From Octopus vulgaris (taxonomy: Eukaryota): a stretch of DNA of 64,000 nt. Positions 1-12,619 of this stretch are shown here, one piece after another (the first letter of the stretch is position 1; the number at the start of each line of letters is the position of its first letter). The notes under the pieces were generated by a model. The model saw only the letters and a program-made list of their open reading frames with translations, made no database searches and was not told the origin of the DNA. The DNA lies in assembly GCA_951406725.2 (NCBI GenBank), contig OX597818.1, positions 72,230,001-72,294,000 of the forward strand, read 5' to 3'. Made by a program: the position numbers and the translations under genes.

Positions 1-1510
1 CTTTAGGGGACCAAAAACGTAACAGAAATTTAGTCACATGTGGGCATGATCCGAAAAGTTCTGTCCTTGTATTTAGACATGTGGTAGGGTCTAAGCTGCT
101 TTTCCAGATAAGCCATCTCTCCATGTCGCATAAACCGCACCTTCCGCTGCCGTTAGTATAGGGCTTACATCTGGCCAAAATCTTCCATTGTATGTTATAA
201 TCGACACCTTTATCTCTTAAAGACCAAATATGATTGGATAATTGTGTCGCTTTTCTTTTGTTCCAGTGCCTAAAGCTCAAAGTGTGGTTATTGAACCTGG
301 CCTTGAAATTACCCTCTGTCAGGCCCACGTATTTCTTCGTCAAAACGGTGTCTTTAGTGGTTATAGAGTTTACGGTAGCTTCATATATGATGGTCTTGGA
401 CATGCAAGCTCCATTTAGCGGGCACAATTCTTTATTCCTGCATGAACAGCTGTTTTCTTCTTGTGTTTTTTGTATGTTATGATTGATTATGTTTTTAAAA
501 TTGGTAGTTGAACTAAAACTAATTTTTAAATTGTGTCTATTGAAGAGTTTCCTATAAGCATGGTTAACTGGAAAATGTCTATCTATCAGTGCTAGGAAAT
601 ATTTACCTATATTGAAGGCCACCTCGGGTGAGTAAGGGGGCGTAAACCAGATGACCTTCCTATTTCTATTATTCCTTTTCCTTATTGTTGGGCTGGTGAT
701 AGGTGTATATTTTATTTTTTCGCTAAAACCACTATCTTTTAAAGCTTTATTATAAACTGGGGCAACGCTATTGAAGATGTCCTCATTAGATGAGAGGCTA
801 GAAATCCTCTTACTAATATTTTTAACTAAATTTTTGAATACTATAGGGGGATGGCATGAACCTACATTAATATAACTTAGTCTATCATTGGGCTTCCTAT
901 AAGGCTTATAAATATTATTATTAAGATCTAAGGAAACGTCTAAGAAATTGACAACCGTCAGGTTAGTGTCTATAGTTATACTAAGTCCGAAGTGTTTCAT
1001 TAACTGGATAATATCCTTCCTAAAACGATCTTGTGCTGGTCCATTTGTATTAGCTGTTAAGGCGAGGGCATCATCTTTGTAGATGGCGAAATGTACGTTA
1101 GGGAATGTCTTACTGAAGGTATCTAGGAGAAAGAGTCCAATTAGATCACAGATGCCTGCCCCATCATATGAACCCATGCTCACATCGAAAGCGCCCTCCG
1201 TGTCGGTGTTTTTTACCCACTTTGCATTCTCACTGAAAAGTAATGTCTTTCTAGCATGGAAGATTATATCCTTATCATTGGTACTAATTTCTATGAAGTC
1301 ACTAGCGAAGATTAGGGCTTTATCTAGCAGTTCTTTAGAGATAGAGGCATAAAAATCAACAATATCGAATTGTGTAAACCTCGCTTTTTTCTTATTCTTA
1401 ATAGCTTTAAACCAGTCTACGACTTCTATACTATTGGACCATTGCACTAGCCTAGTATCGGTCTTAATTTTCGTATTTATTTTATCTAAAATTTCTTTGC
1501 TAATAATCCC
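1..1510 (-). CDS. 5'-truncated PLE polyprotein (RT + linker + GIY-YIG endonuclease); 503 codons with no stop, open at the window edge
   Basis: Manual translation GIISKEILDKIN...QFDIVDFYASIS...MGSYDGAGIC...YKDD...IWFTPPYS...CSCRNKELCPLNGAC...KKYVGLTEG...CGLCDMERWLIW...LNTRTELFGSCPH. Probably missing from the ORF track because no stop lies inside the window. Confidence 0.85.
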
Positions 1511-3037
1511 AAGTCAGAACTAGGGATTATTAGCAAAGAAATTTTAGATAAAATAAATACGAAAATTAAGACCGATACTAGGCTAGTGCAATGGTCCAAT
1601 AGTATAGAAGTCGTAGACTGGTTTAAAGCTATTAAGAATAAGAAAAAGCGAGGTTTACACAATTCGATATTGTTGATTTTTATGCCTCTATCTCTAAAGA
1701 ACTGCTAGATAAAGCCCTAATCTTCGCTAGTGACTTCATAGAAATTAGTACCAATGATAAGGATATAATCTTCCATGCTAGAAAGACATTACTTTTCAGT
1801 GAGAATGCAAAGTGGGTAAAAACACCGACACGGAGGGCGCTTTCGATGTGAGCATGGGTTCATATGATGGGGCAGGCATCTGTGATCTAATTGGACTCTT
1901 TCTCCTAGATACCTTCAGTAAGACATTCCCTAACGTACATTTCGCCATCTACAAAGATGATGCCCTCGCCTTAACAGCTAATACAAATGGACCAGCACAA
2001 GATCGTTTTAGGAAGGATATTATCCAGTTAATGAAACACTTCAGACTTAGTATAACTATAGACACTAACCTGACGGTTGTCAATTTCTTAGACGTTTCCT
2101 TAGATCTTAATAATAATATTTATAAGCCTTATAGGAAGCCCAATGATAGACTAAGTTATATTAATGTAGGTTCATGCCATCCCCCTATAGTATTCAAAAA
2201 TTTAGTTAAAAATATTAGTAAGAGGATTTCTAGCCTCTCATCTAATGAGGACATCTTCAATAGCGTTGCCCCAGTTTATAATAAAGCTTTAAAAGATAGT
2301 GGTTTTAGCGAAAAATAAAATATACACCTATCACCAGCCCAACAATAAGGAAAAGGAATAATAGAAATAGGAAGGTCATCTGGTTTACGCCCCTTACTCA
2401 CCCGAGGTGGCCTTCAATATAGGTAAATATTTCCTAGCACTGATAGATAGACATTTTCCAGTTAACCATGCTTATAAAACTCTTCAATAGACACAATTTA
2501 AAAATTAGTTTTAGTTCAACTACCAATTTTAAAAACATAATCAATCATAACATACAAAAAACACAAGAAGAAAACAGCTGTTCATGCAGGAATAAAGAAT
2601 TGTGCCCGCTAAATGGAGCTTGCATGTCCAAGACCATCATATATGAAGCTACCGTAAACTCTATAACCACTAAAGACACCGTTTTGACGAAGAAATACGT
2701 GGGCCTGACAGAGGGTAATTTCAAGGCCAGGTTCAATAACCACACTTTGAGCTTTAGGCACTGGAACAAAAGAAAAGCGACACAATTATCCAATCATATT
2801 TGGTCTTTAAGAGATAAAGGTGTCGATTATAACATACAATGGAAGATTTTGGCCAGATGTAAGCCCTATACTAACGGCAGCGGAAGGTGCGGTTTATGCG
2901 ACATGGAGAGATAACTTATCTGGAAAAGCAGCTTAGACCCTACCACATGTCTAAATACAAGGACAGAACTTTTCGGATCATGCCCACATGTGACTAAATT
3001 TCTGTTACGTTTTTGGTCCCCTAAAGAAAACGGATAG
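1511..3037 (+). pseudogene. Second, disrupted copy of the same PLE RT-GIY-YIG ORF
   Basis: ORFs 1812-2318 and 2468-2914 are pieces of it. Relative to the left arm it has 6 nt deleted (four homopolymer contractions and a lost GG) and TGG>TAA at 2912-2914. The natural stop TAG is at 3035-3037. Confidence 0.88.
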
Positions 3038-3231
3038 AACATGCTTTCTGTGTTATGTCCCAAGAAGATTTTATATATTTTTATATATTTTTATATATTT
3101 TTATGTATTTTTATATAATTTTTATGACGAAAAATGCGAGCGATATATAAGTACGCAGGCAAAGCAGAGTTATAACAGAGTAATTTCCCTTCATTTTTAA
3201 CGGTATTTTTTCATAACGTTTTCAAATAGCC

Positions 3232-3284
3232 AGATAACCGAAGATATGGTGTTGTGGATTTCCACTTCGGCATCTGAAACTCAG
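3232..3284 (+). ncRNA. Type I hammerhead-like ribozyme in the PLE 3' UTR (CCGAAGA core variant)
   Basis: agataa-CCGAAGA-[imperfect stem II containing gtgga/tccac]-GAAA-ctcagag-TT-ttatct. Stem I agataa/ttatct; near-palindromic stem III aaactc-a-gagttt. Confidence 0.6.
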
Positions 3285-3429
3285 AGTTTTATCTTGACTA
3301 CCGAGTAATGTAACATATTGTATAGATAAATTTCCTCTATTTACATAATATTGAGGTCTCTTTCTTTCTTTTGTTATCTTACCGTTTTATGTATATATAT
3401 ATATATATATCTATATATATATATAAACC

Positions 3430-3629
3430 AGAATCGTCAGCACGCCGGGTGAAATGCTCATCAGTATTTAGTCAGTAGTTACGTTCTGAGTTTAAATTTC
3501 GCCGAGGTCGACTTTACCTTTCATCCTTTCAGGGTCGATAAATTAAGTACCAGTTGCGTACTGCGGTCGATCTAATTGACTTCCTCCCACTCACCAATTT
3601 CAAACCTTGTACCTTTAGCAGAAAGGACT
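3430..3629 (+). mobile_element. SINE family B (core gtcgactttgcctttcatcctttcggggtcgataaattaagtacc)
   Basis: B-box-like gagtttaaatt followed by a core that recurs more than 10 times in the window. Confidence 0.75.
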
Positions 3630-5534
3630 ACTTATATGTGCAGGTTCCATCTATTCCCGGCAGTTTTAAGTGTATTTAAGCATATATTGTTGAAAGCAGT
3701 CTAGCAGCACATTACAAAAGCAGAAAACATTGCTGTATAAAAGCAAGCATACAAAAGGAAAGCATACAAATTACAATAGTAATCATCTTTAATCATCTTT
3801 TTAACCAGAAAACTCTTCATCATCTTCTACACCAGAAAAGTCTTCATCACTACTGCTGAAATCACTGTCTTCAAATAATGCATCATCTTCTGTGCCATCA
3901 AGGGCATTGCTAATGCCACACTTCTTAAAAGCCTTCACAATGATTTCAGGCCTAACATCATCCCAAGATTTTTTCACCCACTCACACACTTCAGCAATGG
4001 TGGGCCGCTTCATTCTTCCTGTGGGTGTGAGGGCATGATGTGGCTCTGCCATCCACTTGTTCCAATGTTCACGCATGTTCTGCTTAAATGGCTTATTCAC
4101 AGACACATCTAAAGGCTGCAATTGGCTCGTCAGTCTACCAGGAATGACAGCTAACTGCGTTTTCAATTCTCCCACCCTTTTTTAATGGCTTCAGTTCTAT
4201 GTGCTCTAAAGTGATCCCAAACCAGAAGAGAAGGTTTTCTTAATAGTCCACCAGGACGCCTTGACCATATATTTTGTAACCACGGTTTCATTCCATTTTC
4301 GTCCATCCAGCCTTTTTCGTGAACATGAACTAGTACACCTCTTGGAATTTTATCCTTAGGCTGAGTTTTTCTCTTAAATATCAAAAGAGGTGGCGGTTTT
4401 ATGCCATCAGCACAACAGGCCAGAGCTACTGTATAGTGGGTCTTTTCGTGGCCAGTGGTTTTTATCGAAACCGTTTTAGACCCTTTGACACTCACAGTCC
4501 TGTTGGATGGTACATCAAATGTGAGTGGAACTTCGTCCATATTCCCTATTTGGCCCAGTTCAAAACAAGTTTTCTTTCTTGCATTTATAACAAATCTATG
4601 AAAATCTAATATTTTTTCTTCATAATCAGCAGGCATTTTTTGTGCAATGGATGTTTATGTACGCATTGATAAACCTTTCCGTTTCATAAACCTGTAACAC
4701 CAACCTTCTGTTCCTGCAAAGTTCTGTATCCCTTGTTGTTCTTCTACTCTCATGGCCTCATGAATTATCATTTTGGTAGATACACTTCTCCCTGAGTTTC
4801 TCTCATCAAGCACCCACGTTTTTATATCATCCTCAAGTTCTGGCCAATGTGGGGCTGGGCAACGAAGGTTATGTTTACTTTTCTGTGCTCTCACCAGCTG
4901 CTCTTCTTGCTGTCGCCAGACACGTATCATATTTTTCTGTAGGTGGTGGCCCAAAAACCCTTGCTGCTGCTCTATTTCCATGCTCCTTGGCATAATCTAC
5001 CACTCGTAGTTTGTAGGAGATTTTGTAGCTTGATCTTTTTGCTGCCATAGCCGTGAGGGTGCTTGTACTGTTGTAGTGTGTTTTGTTATGATCATAAACT
5101 TTGTTGTACCAAGATATCCAACCTACCTCCGTATATACACGAACTCGCAACGATCATGTGCATTCCGTAGTTTTACTCCTCACCGTCAGATGGCATCGAG
5201 TTAGAGTTCCGATCAGCTGATATTAGTAAACGTGTGTCATGGATCGCAGCCTAACAATTTACGGTAGATTGCTTTGATTTTTACGATAATTCGTATTTTA
5301 AAGTAATAATACTGGTAATAATAATAATACTAGCAATAAAATAATGATGCATGAGTACGGAAAATATCATTAAGGCGTTAGCGTAGGTAGAAATACTTAT
5401 CGTAAGCTAGGTTAGTGAGCGTCTGGGAGAAGATTAGCCTACGGGAGGGTCTTGACTTCGCATATTAGACGCAGGGCGATTTTTTGAGCCAAATTTTTTG
5501 GGAAAAAGTGCGTCCTATATGCCGTCAAATACGG
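3630..5534 (-). mobile_element. pogo-superfamily DNA transposon (POGK/Passer-like, DD35D); left terminus not visible
   Basis: Terminus TA|CCGTATTTGACGGCATATAGGACGCAC on the minus strand at 5534, with a transposase inside. Confidence 0.85.
3801..5048 (-). pseudogene. pogo transposase (Brinker-like DBD, CENP-B/Tc5 HTH, DDE_1) with 2 frameshifts and 1 nonsense codon
   Basis: MAAKRSSYKISYKLRVVDYAKEHGNRAAAR; WPELE...GWCYRFMKRKGLSMR; GNMDEVPLTFD, LLVWDHFRAH, LQPLDVSVNKPFK. There are 35 residues between D2 and D3 after frameshift repair, and an acidic tail. Confidence 0.9.
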
Positions 5535-5851
5535 TATATGTATAAATTAAATTAGAGATAAAATCACTAATAGGCAAATCAAACAGTGAAAAACCAAAAA
5601 CAAAAACATAAAAATAAAAATATATTATATAAAATATATAAAATATAAAATTGAAAAATTTAAATTATTTAAATTAAAAAAAAAATTATTAAATTATATT
5701 TATAATTTGTTTAAAAATATATATAACTATCAAAAAGTATTAAAAAGTTTAATATACATAAATACAGATATATACACTTTGTATATATACATTATATATA
5801 CGTATTTATATATAGAACACACACACACACACACATATATAAATGAACGCA

Positions 5852-6118
5852 TTGATGTAACAGAGAATTCATAAACACCCGCTCCTTTAAATTTTAATCC
5901 CCTTCCAGCCCCATTTAGACCCCTTTTCACATTTTGGTTAATATAACCCGATTTCATTCGGGTGTACTGGGGCCACATTTTATAAGATGAGGAATTTTGT
6001 CCTAGAGGTCACGCGTTTCATTTGAGGAAAAAAAATAGTTGTCATGCAAACTTGCCAGCACTTTTAACATAGGTCTGCATATTTTCAGCTCAACCGACTG
6101 ACCACATAATGCACACAT

Positions 6119-6151
<33 letters not shown>

Positions 6152-6519
6152 GTGTGTGTGTGTTGGAGTGTCTCTCATACGTGAGCGTTGACGCTGAATT
6201 CGACTGGTAAGCAGGTAACCTTGTCTTTGTTGAAATAGTTGTGAGCTGCTGAAGTTATTTCTCTGACGGGTAATAGGAATTTCCATATCCTCCGAGGAAA
6301 CGAACTGTTGACCCAGACAATTAGGATTAATTTTAATAAAAGCATCAATTTAAGAAAAAATAATAAAGTAGTAAAAAATGAAAATTTAGCACGAAAAATT
6401 TGCAAGGTTCTAAATAAATGTTAAAGTGTAATAGATACGAAAAACCTACGTTATCACCAGAACACGAACGCACGTTGGTGTGTTCTGTTTGTATTTGCTC
6501 GATCGGCGCGTAGATAGAT

Positions 6520-6565
<46 letters not shown>

Positions 6566-6916
6566 TGTGTGTGTATGAAAGCGCTGTGAGGAAATAGAGT
6601 GAGTGAAAAAGTAATGGGAAGAGAGGAAAGAACGCCGTTTCACGAAGTTATAAATAGAAAGTGAAAGGGAGTTAGAGGGGAACGGCGTGAGTGAGTGAGG
6701 AAGACGGATACATTAAAGAACCGGAGTGGACTTGTCAAAGTGGGTTTTTGGCCCCTAGCAACGACACCTTTTAAGATATGGATTTCTAAGGTAGCCCACG
6801 GGCATCGTCACCTCATTTTACATGTCCCTGTAAATTTTGGAGTGAATCGGACGGGATGTAGTGACATTGAAAGCGATCGAAGCGGTAAAAACGCATTTCA
6901 GTTTTATATATAGAGA
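5852..6916 (-). mobile_element. Non-autonomous Helitron, copy A (5' TC end at 6916, 3'-truncated)
   Basis: The minus strand starts TCTCTATATATAAAACTGAAATGCG. 5852-6910 is a direct repeat of ~7817-8850. Confidence 0.75.
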
Positions 6917-8093
6917 CTAGTTGAAGGTAACCCGCTCTACGCGCGGGTAAGAGTGTGGTTGTTACTTTCTGTTGCTTCCTTTCAGCAAGTAAAAAGCACC
7001 ATCCGAACTTGGCGGATTGCAGCGCCGCCTTGACTGGCTTCTCTGCTGGTGGCACGTAAAAAGCACCAACCGATCGTGGCCGCTGCCAGCTTCCCTGGCA
7101 CCTGTGCCGGCGGCACGAAAAAAGCACCCACTACGCTCACAGAGTGGTTGGCGTTAGGAAGGGCATCCACCTGTAGAAACACTGCCAGATCAGACTGGAG
7201 CCTGGTGCAGCCTCCTGGCTTCCCAGACCCCGGAAAACGGACGTTAAACGATGATGATGATGATGATGATGATTCTCCCTCCTTTCTCTCTCACTTTCCC
7301 ACTCTGTTACTCTTCCTTTCTCTCGGACCTTCCCTTGCTTTCTCTTACTCTCTATCTTTATCTCTCTCTCTCTCTCTCTCTCCCATTTATAAACAACAAA
7401 AGATCTTGAGTAAGTTGAGAAGTAAAATATTTAGAAAGATCAATCATAAATATCAGGCAGTAACAACGGAAAGGTCTGCTTCAAGGCAGGCAACAAAACA
7501 CTAACATTTAAAAGGGACAGGCGAACTTGCGAGCTGAATAAAAGTAATAAAATATTGGAAACCAAAGTTTGAAGGGATAGAATTTGAGGATAGTAGAGTC
7601 ACCATGGCTGGCATTTCGTAACGACGGACAGCAACGTTTCGACAGTTTAACGGCTGGCGTAAAATTTTGAACTTGATGTAAAAGAAAATCCCTAAACACC
7701 AAGTTTTGAATTGATTCTTTCTCACGACAGTAGACTCACCATGGCAATCATTCAAAACTTCTTCATCATGGATGGCAACACATTGACGATTAAAAGGCTG
7801 GCGCAAATTTTTTAGCTTGATGTAACAGAGAATTGCTAAACACCCGCTCCTTTAAATTTTAATCCCCTTCCAGCCCCATTTAGACCCCTTTTCACATTTT
7901 GGTTAATATAACCCGATTTCATTCGGTTCTACTGGGGCCACATTTTATAAGATGAGGAATTTTGTCCAAGAGGTGACGCCTTTCATTTGAGGAAAATAGT
8001 TGTCATGCAAACTTGCCAGCACTTTTAACATAGGTGTGCATATTTTCAGCTCAACCGACCACATAATGCACACATTATATATATATATATATG

Positions 8094-8130
<37 letters not shown>

Positions 8131-8842
8131 TGGAATCTCTCTCATATGTGAGCGTTGACGCTGAATTCGACTGGTAAGCAGGTAACCTTGTCTTTTTTGA
8201 AATAGTTGTGAGCTGCTGGAGTTATTTCTCTGACGGGTAATAAGAATTTCCATATCCACCGAGGAAACGAACTGTTGACCCAGACAATTAGAATTAATTT
8301 TAATAAAAGCATCAATTTAAGAAAAAATAATAAAGTAGTAAAAAATGAAAATTTAGCACGAAAAATTTGCAGGGTTCTAAATAAATGTTAAAATGTAATA
8401 GTTACGAAAAACCTACGTTATCACCAGAACACGAACGCTCGTTGGTGTGTTCTGTTTGTATTTGCTCGATCGGCGCGTTGACTGGTAGACAATAGAATGC
8501 GATGGCTTTGGCGATGGAATATTTGTTTCTCTCTATGAATGCAGACATATACATAAGTGAAATTTATGAGAAGGTAAGACATAGAGTGAGTGAAATTGTG
8601 CTGGGAAGAGAAGAAATAGCGAGAGTGAGTTGAGGAAGACAGATACATTAAATAACGTGAGTGGAATTGTCAAAGTTATACATGAAGGGGAGTTAGAAGG
8701 GAATGGAGGAAATAGCGTGAGTGAGGAAGATTGCCCCTAGCATCGTCACCTCATTTTACATGTCCCTGTAAATTTTGGAGTGAATCGGACGGGATGTAGT
8801 GGCATTGAAAGCGATCCAGGCGGTAAAAACGCATTTCAGTTT

Positions 8843-8850
<8 letters not shown>
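6917..8850 (-). mobile_element. Non-autonomous Helitron, copy B (3' hairpin + CTAG at 6917)
   Basis: The minus strand ends ACCCGC-gcgtaga-GCGGGT-taccttcaa-CTAG, the canonical Helitron 3' hairpin and CTRR terminus. The 5' end merges into (TA)n. Confidence 0.8.
6983..7273 (+). mobile_element. 5'-truncated SINE with three ~60-bp internal units and a (GAT)n tail, nested in the Helitron
   Basis: Repeated aaaaagcacc units; gtggttggcgttaggaagggcatcc core; ends ggacgttaaacgatgatgat. Confidence 0.7.
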
Positions 8851-8876
<26 letters not shown>

Positions 8877-9336
8877 CATATATGTATCTATATATATTAT
8901 AAACTAATTTTTAAACAGGACGGCTATCGAACCGAAAAAACTTGAATAAAACCCAACTTATATGACACAAATATACTACATTAAGAACAATAAGCAAGAT
9001 AAAGAGGTATATACATTAACGATGCCCCGTTTCTTGGAATAAAAGTTTGGGAAGTACGGATCGGGTATAGTTTAACGTGTAGTTTGTAAGTCAATTTCAG
9101 ATCTAACTCCGTTGGCGCTTCAGATTTTCCCCGTTTCATTCGTTCAATTTAATTCACAATTCTCTACGCAGAAAGAAATATAACAACGACGACGACAACG
9201 ATGGTGATGCTGATGATAATGACGTCGATGATAATATAAACAACAGTAATATTAGAGACGATAATGGAACGTTAAGATTCTTATTTTTCTCCAGAATATG
9301 CTTTATTTTCTTTATTAGAATTTCATACGTTACATT

Positions 9337-9385
<49 letters not shown>

Positions 9386-9814
9386 CAAACACACAAGTGT
9401 GTATGTATGTAAAAGTATGCATGCATCCATGTACGTATGTATGTGTCTCTCTATCTATCAATGTATATGTTTATACATACACACACACACACACACACAT
9501 ATATTATGTATATGTGTGTGTGTATTTATATGTGCATCTCTCTCTGTTTACACATACACGTACACACACACACTCACAAAAACGAACGGCAACATATGTA
9601 GGTGTGTATATATATATATATATATCATATCCATTTTTATACGCCTATATACTTCAAACATTTTATATATTGTACATGCATTTTATGAATTGCACATGCA
9701 ATTTTAAGATTATAAATGCAATTCTTATCCTTAAGATTTAAATTAATTTTATACACTCAGTTTATGCAATTCAGCAACATACTATATTTCTTCACTGTGT
9801 GATTGTTCACTTCA

Positions 9815-9816
9815 AT

Positions 9817-9879
<63 letters not shown>

Positions 9880-9947
9880 GTATGTCTGTCTGCCTCCCAG
9901 TCTGTTGCCTGGCTGCCTGTTGTCTGTCTGTCTATCTGTCTATCTAT

Positions 9948-10039
<92 letters not shown>

Positions 10040-10074
10040 TTCATCCATCCATCCATCCATCCATCCATCCATCC

Positions 10075-10156
<82 letters not shown>

Positions 10157-10170
10157 TTATCTATCGATCG

Positions 10171-10240
<70 letters not shown>
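9815..10240. repeat. Compound tetranucleotide microsatellite (TTTC)n-(TCTG)-(TATC)n-(CATC)n-(TATC)n; one example of the many (TA)n, (CA)n, (TATG)n and (AAT)n tracts in the window
   Basis: Directly visible. Confidence 0.97.
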
Positions 10241-10421
10241 TTACCACACATTCTTTACTACATTGTCCCTTTATTCTTTGTTTCTTTCAAATCAACCCAT
10301 TATAATATTTAAGCATTTTAGGCTTAAACGAAGAACAAGAAAATATAGTGTAGGTGGTATACTCTGTCCTACAGGGAAGAAATATGCTTACACCAGACTG
10401 CTTTAATATTATTTTCATGTG

Positions 10422-10462
<41 letters not shown>

Positions 10463-10869
10463 ACACGCACATAAAGACACACAATACACATACACTTGTA
10501 CATGTATGTATACAGGCACATTATATTTAAAGCAGTTTGTTGTAAGTATATTTCTTCTCTCTATATATATCTGTCTATGTGACCCTATATATCTCTCTCT
10601 CTCTCTGCACACACACACATAGAGCAATGCATTCCGGCATTGTCCGGGTGTTATGACCTACAGAAATATTGCATTAATTGTTCCTTTCTTATGGCCACAA
10701 TCAGCACAGCTGATATATAGTGAACTGAGCGTAATGGAAGGTATTGTTTGTTTAAAATCGAAGGGGCGGGTACAGTTTGCATGGGTTTATATGAAAGTGC
10801 TTTCTTCTCTGAAAAAAGGATCACAAACTAAGTATTGTTTCATCGTATAAAAGAGGGTTGCACAGAAAT

Positions 10870-11481
10870 CACATTTTCAAAATTTTGAATTCTCCCCGTA
10901 CCCATTGCAATTTTTTAATTTGTAACTTTTTCGAATTTTTTCTTTATCTACATAGAAAAATACTTCTTCAAGAAACACCCAATAACCCTTCCTCCACCTC
11001 TCCCACCCATCATCTACCCGCTTTCAAAAAGCTAAAACCTCCCAATGTTTTACACTCGTTTGATGCTTGACGCATGCGTAGAATTCTACTGAAATAGCAG
11101 GCATAAAACATATTAGAGCACTACCAGAAAACCCGACATGCTAGAAACAACAGGTAAACGACATTATTTCTGAAGAAACTTCCCCGTTTTCCAAAATGCT
11201 AAAAGTGAAACTTTGGGCGTTCGTAGCTTTTTGAAAGTGATGAGGTGATGGATGGATGTTTGGGAAGGAGATTTTAGTGTTTCTTTAAGAAAAAAGAAAA
11301 GAAAATTTTGGCTGTGTGTCAAGTGGCTTGCTTGCGAACCACACGGTTCCGGGTTCAATCCCACTGCGTGGCACCTTGAGCAACTATCTTCTACTATAGC
11401 CTCAGGCCGACCAAAGCCTTGTGAGTGGATTTCGTGAGTGGAAACTGAAAGAAGCCCGTCGTATATATATAATATAATATA

Positions 11482-11517
<36 letters not shown>

Positions 11518-11900
11518 TGTATGTATGTATGTATGTATGTATGTATGTATGTATGTATGTATGTATGCTTGTGTGTCTGTGGTTGTCCTCCACCATCGCT
11601 TGACAACCGATGTTGGTGTTTTTACGTCCCCATAACGTAGCTATCTAGTAAAAAAAGACCGATAGAATAAGTACTAGACTAACAAAGAATAAGTCCTGGG
11701 GTCGATTTGTTCGAGTAAAGGCGGTGCTCCAGCATGACCGCAGCCAAATGACTGAAACAAATAAAAGAATCAAAGAAAAACGAATTCGTACTCTCTGTGT
11801 TTTTCTCCGTGAATTACGAACAAAAAATTCGAAGATAGTTAAAAATTTAAGAAATTGTGTTGGGGAGGGGGAAAATTAAAATATTGAGAACGTGTTTTGG
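10870..11900. repeat. Old, diverged inverted repeat (MITE-like) with its right arm interrupted by a SINE
   Basis: ctttcaaaaagcta (~11021) vs tagctttttgaaag (~11224); ttcgaattttt (~10929) vs aaaaattcgaa (~11823). Confidence 0.45.
11310..11776 (+). mobile_element. tRNA-derived SINE family A with an internal microsatellite
   Basis: ggttcaatccc B box; ggcaccttg(a/g)gcaa...ccgaccaaagccttgtgagtgga core; 3' ggcggtgctccagcatg...actgaaaca. Confidence 0.8.
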
Positions 11901-12619
11901 GGGCTAAGTCCTTACCTCCTGTATAGCAAACATAGGAATCGGAAGACATTTAGGAAAAAAATTGGAGGGGGGCACAAGTGTCACTTCGGACATACTAGAA
12001 ACAGCAGGTAAAGGACAGGATTTCTGGGAGAACTTCCTTTTAAATTTATATCGAAGATCAGGTTTTTAAATACAATCATCGTAAACACGAATTAGAAAAA
12101 GATTATTTCGATTGGATTTGAACTGCAATTTTGCGCGTTCACATAGCAATGACTAACGTAATTCATTTAGCAGTTTTACCTAGTGTGTAAGTGAGTGTGT
12201 GTGTATGTGTGTGTGTATGTATGTGTATGTGTGTGTATGTGTGTGTGCGCGAGCGTGTCAAAGGAAGTTATGTTAGACATTCTTTCGTCTGAAGCTGGAA
12301 TGTTATCGACTCGGTTATATGGTTGATCATATGGAATCATATGATTGTTCGCTAATTTCCGTAAGAATTAAAAAAAAATTCCCTTATGCTTTGAAGAGAA
12401 CAGAAATTGTGTGTGCGTTTGTGTGCATATGTGCGTGTGAGTGTGAGAGAGAGAGACTGAGTGAAGGTGCGTGTTGTATTTTTTGCATGTACGTATAAAT
12501 GGCACTCCCTAGCTTTCTCTCTGTCTCTCTCTCACACACACATACATATTATCTTTCATATATACGTACCTAAGTAAATATGCATAAATCTTTTTTATGC
12601 ATGTGTGCGTGTGCATGTG

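Larger units (their letters stand above)
1..3389. mobile_element. Penelope-like retroelement present as a head-to-head fold-back (arms 1-1510 and 1523-3026, 12-nt loop) plus 3' UTR ending in (TA)n
   Basis: 1-1510 is the reverse complement of 1523-3026, with loop aagtcagaacta. It encodes RT motifs (FDIVDFY, MGSYDGA, YKDD, FLDV) and a GIY-YIG domain (IIYEAT...YVGLT...KARFNNH). The left arm runs off the window edge. Confidence 0.93.

Noticed and set aside
234-1352. ORFs 234-482 and 1083-1352 (+), and the mirror 2545-2793 (-)
   Set aside because: They are antisense shadows of the PLE ORF; the duplicate arises from the palindrome.
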